A stretch of 64,000 bases of DNA from Eledone cirrhosa (taxonomy: Eukaryota): contig OZ024740.1 of NCBI GenBank assembly GCA_964016885.1, positions 114,948,001-115,012,000 of the forward strand, given 5' to 3'. Each line of letters opens with the position of its first letter. Position 1 is the stretch's first letter. The translations under genes and the position numbers were made by a program. Shown piece by piece: positions 13,193 to 25,265 of this stretch. The notes under the pieces were generated by a model. It saw nothing but the letters and a program-made list of their open reading frames with translations, was not told the DNA's origin and searched no databases.

Positions 13193-13454
13193 AATATATG
13201 AACAACTATCTGGTTGTGGAACCAACCAACCAACCAGAAATTTATAAATTTATGAATTTATTATAAATTTATTATAATAATAAATTGAAGTGAAAGCATC
13301 TGGTGCGTGTGTTTCTTATTGGCAACATGACCCTCCCAAATTATAACAATATCGGTTTCAACACACGATTTCAGATAAAGAATCTTGCTAAACAAATTCA
13401 GAAACGAAATATATGTATATATATATATATGTATATCCAGAGAGTGTAACTTGG

Positions 13455-14407
13455 AATTACTAATACACTGGAACCCGCTGGCCGGCTGAGAACAAAATAC
13501 CTGTTGACGAAACGGCAGCCTTGTTCGATCGTTATACCAAAAGCTTCCAATGAAAGCAGGCAGTATAATTGATTCAGGTGTCACATAAACCTCCCACTAG
13601 ATTATACCATCAATTTCCAGGAGGTCCAGGTAAATTATTTTCTTAACCTGTTTAGCTTGCTTCGTTTTTTTTGGCTCCGGTGGCTGATAGCTTCATGACT
13701 GCCGTTTTCAGTTTGTTTGGCCTCTATAACGTATGTTAATTGCTCTGGTCTTCTTTTAGTCCATTGAGCGGTTGCCGCATATCTCGAAAATTGCGTTTCG
13801 CTTTGATTTTCACCACAGCCGAAATACGATCTCGCTGAAATTATATTCGTATTAATCTCCCGTGTCTAGCAATTAATTAGTTAATTCTATTAGACATTCT
13901 ATTGACTAATGAGTTGCTTATGTTTATTTAAAAACAACCCGGTCGAGAGCTTAATTCGATTTGTGCAGTTTTTTTGCAATTCTTGCAATAATTTTACACA
14001 TTCTGAATCCATCCGCCAAAAACCGGGGTTGCTTCCCTTGCAGGGTAAACACATTTGATAATCACTCCAGCACTACTAATGCATGGGAACCCGCTCGCCG
14101 GCTGAGAACAAAATACATGTTGATGAAATGGCAGCATAATTGATTTAGATGTCACAGAAACCTCCCACTGGATTATACCATCAATTTCCAGGAGGTCCAG
14201 GTAAATTCTTTTCTTAACCTGTTTAGCTTGCTTCATTTTATTGGCTCCGGTGGCGGATAGCTTCATGACGGCCGTTTTCTGTTTGTCTGGCCTTTATAAC
14301 GTATGTTAATTGCTCCGGTCTTCTTTTAGTCCATTGAGCGGTTGCCGCATATCTCGAAAATTGCGTTTCGTTTTGTTTTTGACCACAGCCGAAATACAAT
14401 CTCACTG

Positions 14408-14415
<8 letters not shown>
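13455..14415. repeat. Diverged direct duplication (~13455-13846 and ~14072-14415) of an unclassified repeat
   Basis: Shared blocks such as ggaacccgct..ccggctgagaacaaaatac and atatctcgaaaattgcgtttcg. Confidence 0.8.
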
Positions 14416-14456
<41 letters not shown>

Positions 14457-14576
14457 TCACATACAGATATATATATGAATAAATAAATATATATATATAT
14501 ACATACAAACTCACACATATATAAACACACATAGGCATGCACTTATATATAAACACACACACATATAAATGGAATC

Positions 14577-14870
14577 AATCCGTCGGTTATGACGACAAGT
14601 ATTCCAGTTGATACTATCAACGAGAGAGCCTACTCGCGAAATTAACGTCCAAGTCGCTGCGCATTCCACAGACACACGTACCCTTTAAGTAGTTCTCAGC
14701 GACAAACAGTTTGACACAATGTGTGACAAGGCTAGTCATTCGAATTACAGGTACACCTCATTGTTGCCAGCTGAGTGGACTGGAGCAACGTGAAATAAAG
14801 TGTCTTGCTCAAGGACACAACATACCGCTGGAAATCGAACTCTCAACCTCACGATTGCACTAACCACGAG
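14577..14870 (-). mobile_element. tRNA-derived SINE (family C core)
   Basis: Minus strand has gagttcgattt B-box and the gtgtccttgagcaagacactttatttcacgttgctccag core shared with 42617-42971. Confidence 0.85.
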
Positions 14871-14887
14871 CTTTCACACACATAAAT

Positions 14888-14918
<31 letters not shown>

Positions 14919-15007
14919 ATGGAAAATTGGAACAGGAACAAAACAGAGAGGCAGTACAACGAATGTTTATTAATTTCACGCTCTGGAGAGTGGGGTGGTG
15001 GTGGAGA

Positions 15008-15040
15008 AGAACGTTTCGGGCATAAGCCCTTCTTCAGCTG
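15008..15040 (-). ncRNA. Hammerhead core in a solo pLTR-like fragment (~14918-15208)
   Basis: CUGAAGA-A-GGGC(UUAU)GCCC-GAAA-CG-UU. Stem I is poorly paired. Confidence 0.5.
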
Positions 15041-15205
15041 AAAAGTGTGGGGGAAGAGAGTTCAAAGGGTGTGTAGGGGAGTGGTGGAGAGACATATAGC
15101 GAAAATGTGTTGGGAGGAGACGGTGCGAATGAAATTAAAAATAAGAGCATGATCAAAATAAAATAGAATTAAAATGGGGTAAAACAGGTGGTGGAAGGGT
15201 GTGGG

Positions 15206-15282
<77 letters not shown>

Positions 15283-15531
15283 CAACAACAAATACACACA
15301 CATATATATATGTGTTTATATATATATATATATATGTGTGTGTGAGTTTGTATATATATAAACATACATATATATAAATAAACAAACACATATATATAAA
15401 CACACACACAGATATAAACACACACACATACATATATCTGTATATTAGTGTGTGTTTATATGTATATGTGTGTGTGTATATATATATATCTGTGTGTGTG
15501 CGAGTTTATATATATGTGTGCGTGTTTGTAT

Positions 15532-15586
<55 letters not shown>

Positions 15587-15739
15587 CCACATACATATAT
15601 AGAAACATACAAACACGCACACACACACAGATATATATATATAAACACACACATATACATATAAACACATACACACATATACACAGCTACTTTACTGTGA
15701 AACCCAATTTTAAAACATTCGTCCCTCCTACATTTATTT

Positions 15740-16310
15740 TATCACTCTTTCTCAAACCATTACCCCTCTATCACTAAAGGATAATACCTTTCTCACCCTC
15801 TCTACATACCGTTACATGCCTCACTCTCTCTCACTAGACCAACATTGTCCCTCTCTCACTAAACAACCAAATTTTCTGCGACCTTCTATATCCCACTACA
15901 TACCTCACACGCTTAGAATTCCCACCCTCACACTAGATAACCAAATTCTCTCCCCCTCTATAAACCATTATACACCTCACTCTCTATCATTTTCATAATT
16001 GCCACCCTCTCACTAGTCCACTAAACTCTCTCCCCCTCACTATATCATCCTACATGCTTCACTCTCTATCGCTTTCACACCTGTCCCTCTCTCATTAAAC
16101 CACCAAACTCTCTGCCCCAATCTATATCCCAATACATACCTCACTCTCTCTCACAATTCTCCCTCTTTCACTAGATCACAACATTCTCTCCCCCTCTCTA
16201 TATTCCACTCTATACATTATTCTCTCTTACTCTCACAATATTTTCTCTCTCCCTCTAAACCATCAAGTTCTCTCACGTTCTCTATATCCGACTACATACC
16301 TTGCTCTCTC
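15740..16310. repeat. Degenerate ~60-bp CT-rich minisatellite
   Basis: Recurrent ccctctcactaga...ctctatatcccactacatacctcactctct units. Confidence 0.7.
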
Positions 16311-16864
16311 TCACACACACATACACACGCGCACGCACACATACACACAAACACACATATATATATATATATATATATTCATAATCATGTGATGCTTTCA
16401 TACGTCTTCTCATATTTTCTAGAACTACATACAAGACCTACACCAATTAATATAAACACTAATTTTCCAGTCTAATAGACGTAGTTAATGGTCAAACGGA
16501 TCTATTAAGGCCGTAAATTTAATAAATACAAACATACACACACTTATATACACACCTATAAATGTCTGATTTTATGTGCTTATACACACACGCACACACA
16601 CACACACACACACACATATATAATATATGAACGTATTTATATATATACTTAATAATAATAATAATGTATATAAATATATATATATATATGTGTGTGTGTG
16701 TGTCTGTGTGTGTACACATATTTACACACACATATATATGTATTATCAGTAAGCGTGAACCTAATATAACTGCATTTTTATATTCCAGTGTTTGTTTTGT
16801 TTCCTTTATCAACTATACACACACACCCACACACACACACACACACACACATACACACACACAG

Positions 16865-16941
<77 letters not shown>

Positions 16942-17285
16942 TACAGATACACATATACATAAATGTATGTTATATGTCTACTCCACAGATCGGTGTCAAG
17001 CAAGGTTTTAATCTTTCCGATGACGTTTCTTTGAAATCTGTTATGCTACAATGATCATCAAATTCTTGAAGTAATTCTTAATGTTTTGTATATTTTCATA
17101 GCGATTTTATCGACTGTACATTGCAGTAGCAGATTGCTCGTAAAGAAAATGGCTTCGCATTATGCTTAGTGATATGGGTTATACGTCTTTGTATCTGTAT
17201 CTAGACGTTTAGTACACACAAACACATATATGAAGGTTTCTTTCTTTCTCTCTCTCACTCTATATATACATATATATATATATAC

Positions 17286-17359
<74 letters not shown>

Positions 17360-17512
17360 ATAAATGCTCTGAAATAGCGATATATATGTGAATATAGACA
17401 TAGAATATTCGAAAATATTCTGTATGTTTATAATAAACATTTTGAAGACCTAATCGCTATAGAATAGAATACGTCACGTATTACAATTAGATTCTCGATA
17501 AAAGCAAGGGAA

Positions 17513-17556
17513 GTAAATCTACGCGTTTCATTCTTATTAGAAATCGTCAGGACTAC
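17513..17556 (-). ncRNA. Type I hammerhead, unit 1 (also 17824-17867, 18135-18178, 18446-18489)
   Basis: GUAGUC-CUGACGA-UUUCU(AAUA)AGAAU-GAAA-CGCG-UA-GAUUUAC. Confidence 0.85.
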
Positions 17557-18654
17557 ATATCCAGTGCTTTTATCGAGAATGACACAGCTAGAGACTTATA
17601 GAATACTTAGCCGTGTACAGGAACTGGTTTGAAAGAGCGGTTGCCGGTCCGGCAGAAATTAGAAATTGGAATAAATGCTCTGAAATAGCGATATATATGT
17701 GAATATAAACATAGAATATTCGAAAATATTCTGTATGTTTATAATAAACATTTTGAAGACCTAATCGCTATAGAATAGAATACGTCACGTATTACAATTA
17801 GATTCTCGATAAAAGCAAGGGAAGTAAATCTACGCGTTTCATTCTTATTAGAAATCGTCAGGACTACATATCCAGTGCTTTTATCGAGAATGACACAGCT
17901 AGAGACTTATAGAATACTTAGCCGTGTACAGGAACTGGTTTGAAAGAGCGGTTGCCGGTCCGGCAGAAATTAGAAATTGGAATAAATGCTCTGAAATAGC
18001 GATATATATGTGAATATAGACATAGAATATTCGAAAATATTCTGTATGTTTATAATAAACATTTTGAAGACCTAATCGCTATAGAATAGAATACGTCACG
18101 TATTACAATTAGATTCTCGATAAAAGCAAGGGAAGTAAATCTACGCGTTTCATTCTTATTAGAAATCGTCAGGACTACATATCCAGTGCTTTTATCGAGA
18201 ATGACACAGCTAGAGACTTATAGAATACTTAGCCGTGTACAGGAACTGGTTTGAAAGAGCGGTTGCCGGTCCGGCAGAAATTAGAAATTGGAATAAATGC
18301 TCTGAAATAGCGATATATATGTGAATATAGACATAGAATATTCGAAAATATTCTGTATGTTTATAATAAACATTTTGAAGACCTAATCGCTATAGAATAG
18401 AATACGTCACGTATTACAATTAGATTCTCGATAAAAGCAAGGGAAGTAAATCTACGCGTTTCATTCTTATTAGAAATCGTCAGGACTACATATCCAGTGC
18501 TTTTATCGAGAATGACACAGCTAGAGACTTATAGAATACTTAGCCGTGTACAGGAACTGGTTTGAAAGAGCGGTTGCCGGTCCGGCAGAAATTAGAAATT
18601 GGAATAAATGCTCTGAAATAGCGATATGTCATTCTCGATAAAAGCACTGGATAT

Positions 18655-18698
18655 GTAGTCCTGACGATTTCTAATAAGAATGAAACGCGTAGATTTAC
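18655..18698 (+). ncRNA. Type I hammerhead in the inverted arm
   Basis: gtagtc ctgacga tttctaataagaat gaaa cgcg ta gatttac, read directly on the plus strand. Confidence 0.85.
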
Positions 18699-18818
18699 TT
18701 CCCTTGCTTTTATCGAGAATCTAATTGTAATACGTGACGTATTCTATTCTATAGCGATTAGGTCTTCAAAATGTTTATTATAAACATACAGAATATTTTC
18801 GAATATTCTATGTCTATA

Positions 18819-18865
<47 letters not shown>

Positions 18866-19053
18866 TTTAATATAAGGAACTGTTTCATTGTTTTATTCAT
18901 TATTTTTTTTATATTTTATCTTGACTCTGTATTCCGTTTATCTTTCACCGAAAGTGATTTTTGAATGCATCTCTTCTTTCCATGATATCCGAATTACATT
19001 GAGTTCTTCATACGGATTGGACACTACCGTAAACTCTTGGTAGATTTATCTAC

Positions 19054-19090
<37 letters not shown>

Positions 19091-19093
<3 letters not shown>

Positions 19094-20523
19094 CCTTTCT
19101 TCTTATAGCTTGATCTAATTGATTTTTTATATGGTTAATTATGCTAATTAGAAGAAGAAATATATATTTTATCTAATGATTCTAAAGACATGATTTATGA
19201 TATATTGCTCTGATTTTTTGATTTTTTTAATTTATTAATTCTTCATAGAGCTTAAAAGTGACCAGTTGCAACATATATCTATAACTTTATGTATGTTAAC
19301 CTTTATATTTAATAATCTCCCGATAGGTTGAGATTAAATTTGGCGATTAATTTGCGCTTTCTAGCAGCAAGCCTACCCGCCGCAAGCAACCAATAACATT
19401 CTTTCTGGCTTGACCACAGCTACATAGCGATTCTTAGCCATTTTTGAATCTATTTTTGGCGGGATCGGATTGAAAAACTAGATGTCTGATTTTGAGTTTG
19501 TCTCCTGATGAATCCTAACTCAGGACATTCCTATTATTTGGATGTCTAAAAATAGGGATGAAACCATGGTAGAGATATAATTACGGTATGTACGCATTTC
19601 TTCTAAGTTTAATTTTACACCTAATTGTGTATGGTTGATGATATATTTAGTCAGTTTCTACATGCTGTCGAAATGTTGGATAAATACTCTATTGAGGCCA
19701 CCTCGAAGAGGCTACGTTCGGTTATTTGTCTGAGATTTCTCCATAAGAGCCTTTCTTTTTATAGTTTGATCTAATTGATTTTTTATATGGTTAATTATGC
19801 TAATTAGAAGAAGAAATAGTATATATTTTATCAGATGATTCTAAAGACATGATTTATGATATATTGCTCTGATTTTTTAATTTTTTTAATTTATTAATTG
19901 TTCATAGAGCTTAAAAGTGACCAGTTGCAACATATATATATCTATAACTTTATGTATATGTTAACCTTTATATTTAATAATCTCCCGATAGGTTGAGATT
20001 AAATTTGGCGATATTTGGCTGCGATTTCTAGCAGCAAGCCTACCCGCCGTAAGCAACCAATCACATTCTTTCTGGCTTGACCACAGCCACATAACGATTC
20101 TTAGCCATTTTTTAATCTATTTTTGGCGGGATCGGATTGAAAAACTAGATGTCTGATTTTGAGTTTGTCTCCTGATGAATCCTAACTCAGGACATTCCTA
20201 TTATTTGGATGTCTAAAAATAGGGATAAAACCATGGTAGAGATATAATTACGGTATGTACGCATTTTTCTAAGTTTAATTTTACACCTAATTGTGTATGG
20301 TTGATGATATATTTAGTCAGTTTCTACATGCTCTCGAAATGTTGGATAAATACTCGATTGAGGCCACCGCGAAGAGGCTACGTTCGGTTATTTGTCGGAG
20401 ATTCTCCATAAGAGCCTTTCTTCTTGTAGCTTGATCTAATTGAATTTTTATATGGTTAATTATGCTAATTAGAAGAAGAAATAGTATATATTTTATCTGA
20501 TGATTCTAAAGACAAGATTTATG

Positions 20524-20525
<2 letters not shown>
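19091..20525 (+). mobile_element. Second HHR-containing tandem array, ~660-bp unit, about 2.2 copies
   Basis: Unit starts (gagcctttct) at 19091, 19747 and 20412. Bounded by (TA)n(GA)n on the left and (TA)n on the right. Confidence 0.85.
19499..19577 (+). ncRNA. Type I hammerhead with extended stem II (second copy 20166-20244 has GAAA>AAAA)
   Basis: UGUCUC-CUGAUGA-AUCC...GGAU-GAAA-CCAUGG-UA-GAGAUA: 6-bp stem I and internal helix GGACAUUC/GGAUGUCU. Confidence 0.85.
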
Positions 20526-20839
<314 letters not shown>

Positions 20840-20966
20840 ATTTATAAGTGGAAACTAACTTTATAAAACCATATTTATTTTACTATATATATCTCAAGGG
20901 TACCAAATTTATTGGTGCGCCCTCATCAGATAAAATACAAAAGTTGTTTTATAGATAGTGACATAC

Positions 20967-21122
<156 letters not shown>

Positions 21123-22128
21123 TTATCTATGTCTATAGGCACACACAAAGGTATACATTTATATATATATATATGTGTGTGTGGGGTGGGGGGGGGGGGT
21201 ATATGTCTGTGTTTATGTGTTTGTGTGTTAAGTTTTCTCTACGAACAAATTATGTTCTAATCCCCATTCACCTCTTCAGTTAGCGCAGGCCTTGAACAAC
21301 TGTCCGTTGAACGTTCAATTTCCCAAACCTGTCAATTAAATTTAACCAACTTTCAAACTTTCAATGCCAACCCAGCTGATACAATTTGTTGTTATATGAA
21401 ACGCAATTGTTTGCTTTAAGTTTTATATATATCTACAATCTCTCTATCATAATTTATTGTCAGAATCTTTGTTAAATTACCTTTCAGATACCAACGTAAT
21501 AATGAGAACTTTATATTACTCAATCTCTGTAAATTCTTGAATCTTTATCAAAATATTTTCACAGTTATATGAAGTTTCATTCATTAGAAATATAGCAATT
21601 AAAGGTTTATATTTTATGGCGTTTGAATTGATTGTAACTGTTGTTGTTAAGTCAATTCTGATTCTGCTATGGATTACACTTTAGTCTCTCAATACTCATA
21701 AACATGCTACTGGAAAAAATTAACATTTTGTCTTCCATGAGATGCTACAACAACATCTTTAGCATCTCTTATATAGACCATTGCATATATAGGCAGCTCC
21801 ACAATACACATCAACTTCAATCCCCTACCTCCAATACCACTGACACCACATAAATACAAACGAACAGTGAAGAAAGCTATGATAGTATAACCATGTAACA
21901 AGTCCAGTGTCCTTCCATTGATAATCCTACAAAGAACTGTGCTAAGAGAGAGAAAGAGAGACGTTTTAAAGGAATATTTTGTAGTAAAGAAATAGTGTAT
22001 TATATTATGTCAAATGTTTGGACATTGCATATCTAGCAGCACCTAAAGGGCAAAACAGAATTTGAGATTTCAACTAAATACGTAAAAATGTATGACTAAA
22101 TACCGCAAGTTAAATTTTACCATTAATT

Positions 22129-22315
22129 TAATTGTTTCTACTTTAGGCACAAGGCCAGCAATTACCCAGTGCATTACTGGTACTTTATTTTATCGACCCC
22201 GTAAGGATGAAAGGCAAAGTTAACCTCGGCGGGATTTGAACTCAGATCGTAAAGGGGCGTAACTATGCTGGAAAGCATGGCGTCCGACCTTCTACTGATA
22301 CTGCCAATCCACCGC
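22129..22315 (-). mobile_element. tRNA-derived SINE family B (Nin/Deu-like core)
   Basis: gagttcaaatcccgccgaggttaactttgcctttcatcc..ggggtcgataaaataaagtacc on the minus strand. Confidence 0.9.
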
Positions 22316-22564
22316 ATTAATTTAATCTGAATCTGCTGCACAATCTCCTTTAAGAATACTATACATAATTGTAATTTGAATTTGACAGAGTATGCATGTT
22401 TTTACATATATATAACCGAAGAAGATGGTTTGATCAAACCTATATATGATATAACTGGCATAGATCAGTCAATATGTCAATATGATCAACCCTCCGAAAC
22501 GATCGTAAAACAATGATAAGAATGGGTAAAATAACTTGAATTTGCTATTGTTTTCATTATTAAA

Positions 22565-22613
<49 letters not shown>

Positions 22614-22671
22614 AAGAATGGATGTATGGATGGATGGACGATGTATAAACATATATAACAACAACAACAAT

Positions 22672-22887
22672 AATTGTTTCTATTTTAGGCACAAGGCCAG
22701 CCAATTTTAAGGGGAGAGGAAAGTCAATGAAATCACCCCAGTGCGTTACTGGTACTTTATTTTATCGACCCCGTAAGGATAAAAGGCAAAGCTAACCTCG
22801 GTGAGATTTGAATTCAGGGCCTAGAGGAACGTGACTATATACCACAAAGTATGATGCCCGACGCTGTACCGATACCGTCAATCCACG
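22672..22887 (-). mobile_element. SINE family B
   Basis: Same core, minus strand. Confidence 0.9.
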
Positions 22888-22920
22888 GGACATAATGATA
22901 ATAATAAATAATAATAATTA

Positions 22921-23140
22921 GGGCTGTGGTTTGGCAGTATCAGTAGAGGGTCGGACGCCTTGCATGGCAGCATAGAGTTACGGCCATTTATGTTCTGAGT
23001 TCAAATCCCGCCGAGGTTAACTTTGCCTTTCATCGTTACGGAGTCGATAAAATAAAGTACCAGTCACGCACTGGGAGCGATTTTATCGACTTTCTCCCCC
23101 CACAAAATTGTTGGCCTTGTGCCTATATAAGAAAACATAA
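22921..23140 (+). mobile_element. SINE family B
   Basis: Head gtggtttggcagtatcagtaga, B-box, core and ggccttgtgcc tail. Confidence 0.9.
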
Positions 23141-23147
23141 TCATAAT

Positions 23148-23312
23148 AATTGCTTCTTCTGTTGGCACAAGGCCAGCAATTACCCAGTGCATTACTGGTA
23201 CTTTATTTTATCGACCCCGTGAGGATGAAAGCCAAAGCTAACCTCGGTGGGATTTGAACTCAGAGCGAAAAGTACTTTGACTTTATGCCGTGAAGCATAT
23301 TGTCCGACGCTC
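23148..23312 (-). mobile_element. SINE family B
   Basis: Same core, minus strand. Confidence 0.85.
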
Positions 23313-23629
23313 TACAATAATAATAAATGCAACATCAGTTTTGCTATTATAAGACGAACGTCATGGGAAAAATGCAGATCAGAAACTTTAGAGAAAAATA
23401 TTATTTTGAAGAAGTAGAGCATGACAGGTTTAGCCGATGTCATAGGGTTTGATGTAATTAAAAGATTGTGAACGCCATAAACCGGAAACATTTCCAACAG
23501 TTATTTAGAATATGTGACCCGTTATGTCATGTGAACATACCTAACGTAATTATATTGAGTGACAGTACATTCAATCACGAGATTTTGATATGTTCGAAAT
23601 GATATGTCGTAAAGAAACTCTAATTTATT

Positions 23630-23662
<33 letters not shown>

Positions 23663-23738
23663 CTGTGTGTGTGTGTATTCATATGTATGCATATGTATGC
23701 CCCGTATGTGTGTGAGTGTATCATTAAATGTTTACATA

Positions 23739-23777
<39 letters not shown>

Positions 23778-23780
23778 TAT

Positions 23781-24048
23781 AATTAGAAAGTGAACAACAC
23801 AATATATAACTACTCCATTACCAAGGTTTTCAGGACTCTAGACAATAGCAATATACGTCTAGTTCGTTCATCAGGCAAAGAGGTTATTCTGTCTGACGAA
23901 CGATCTAGACGTATACTAATATCGTCTAGGGTCCTGAAACCTTTGGTAATGGAGTAGTTATATATTGTGTTGTTCATTTACTAATTAAATAGTTCTGTTC
24001 TATACATAGAGCACACTTTTTTCTTTTGCTTTTTCTTCGGAAATAGTT

Positions 24049-24051
<3 letters not shown>
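23781..24051. mobile_element. Fold-back mini-element made of two back-to-back hammerheads
   Basis: 23781-23876 is the near reverse complement of 23891-23986. The right arm continues to (TA)n at 24052. Confidence 0.85.
23882..23959 (+). ncRNA. Type I hammerhead, well paired (mirror copy 23808-23880, minus)
   Basis: Stem I GGUUAUUCUGU/AUGGAGUAGUU, CUGACGA, stem II including CUAGACG/CGUCUAG, then GAAA-CC(UUU)GG-UA. Confidence 0.85.
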
Positions 24052-24136
<85 letters not shown>

Positions 24137-24145
24137 TATATATAT

Positions 24146-24895
24146 ATGCAACGGGCTAGACTAAAAGTCTACTTCCATATGACTACCACAACTTACACGA
24201 GGACAGAATTTAACCCATGGCTATCCACAAGGGCCTTGTTCACTAAATTTTACAGGGAAGATGCCTGCATATACATTTTTGTGTACCACGATTGTGCCAT
24301 TCCCTACAGAGCCAAAATGGTATATATGCTGAATGAGATCTCCAAGATACGCAACAGATGCAGCAAGGGTAGTGACAGACATACCAGCATGGTGGAATTC
24401 CAAAGATTTCTCACCGTAAACAGATCGAAATGCCAAGGCTGCAGCACGTAAAAGAACAAACAGGACACGTGCCCTTAAGGATAATATATGCTACCTAAAG
24501 CTGCCACATTTTAATGAGAAGACGATAGCTGCCATCAGGCAAGCCATCCGTAGAGAGAGATTGAATATATGGCTGGCAAATTCGGGGCCTTCATTGAGGA
24601 GACTTGTCCACAAACAGCGATAAATGCACACTTCACAATTGTACCATTAACAACGCAGAGTTGTGCATGAGAGTATATGTTGATCACGTGCAAAAAAATA
24701 TAAGTACCATAGGGAGCTACGCATACCGATCAAGGAACACGTGACAATGAAAGCTTCTTCCGTTAAAAAATATCTTGACAGATGTGTTAACCAACAAACT
24801 GAGGTCATCATAGAGATGATTGAAAAGAATGTGTTGTTTAATTATTAAGGAAGACATTTTCATCATCCGAATAAAATCAGAGATAAATAATATGT
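24146..24895 (+). pseudogene. Highly degenerate PLE RT-thumb and GIY-YIG fragment
   Basis: IFVYHDCAIPYRAK..LNEISKIRNRCS, then VVHESIC..KKY and RELRIPIKEHVTMKASSVKKYLDRC in broken frames. Starts at (TA)n. Confidence 0.6.
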
Positions 24896-25265
24896 CAGAA
24901 ATGCCCCAGGCGGAATAGTTACTGCTGCAAACCAGTTACGGAGGGAAACTCTGATCACTAAATTGTTTTGTCTTGGACTGTTTTAGATTCCCATCTGAAA
25001 GGAGAGTGATAGGACTGACATACATTGCTAAAATACACTGGGTAAAACATTACTTTTCTTTTTGTTTTGTTTCATATATGAACGTACACATAAAAAACAA
25101 CGTCACAAACAACAAACAGTACATTTCAGAGAAACACACCATTGCACATAGCACAACCCATGTGAACGAAATAATACATACACTTCACCATCAAAATAAT
25201 TGTATACCGCCGAATATATACACACATAACATCAGTGCAAACGCAAAATACACTATTATAAATAT

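Larger units (their letters stand above)
10047..13410 (+). mobile_element. Penelope-like retroelement, 5'-truncated, preceded by an inverted copy of its 3' end, inserted in (TA)n
   Basis: RT and GIY-YIG frames. 10047-10726 is a near-perfect reverse complement of 12672-~13352. HHR in each pseudo-LTR. Confidence 0.93.
17355..18822 (-). mobile_element. Retrozyme-like array: four 311-bp HHR-containing units, a 28-bp partial unit, then a 196-bp inverted copy
   Basis: Units start at 17355, 17666, 17977, 18288 and 18599. Inverted segment is 18627-18822. (TA)n on both flanks. Confidence 0.9.

Noticed and set aside
13483-13522. CUGAGA...GACGAAACGG in the 13.4/14.1 kb duplication
   Set aside because: Core spacing is non-canonical and not preserved in the second copy.
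17355-18626. CRISPR or plain satellite interpretation of the 311-bp array
   Set aside because: No unique spacers, eukaryotic context and no cas genes. The per-unit hammerhead and inverted cap fit a retrozyme better.
21707-21945. Minus-strand open frame after a ctctcttag acceptor-like site
   Set aside because: No recognisable product or donor site.
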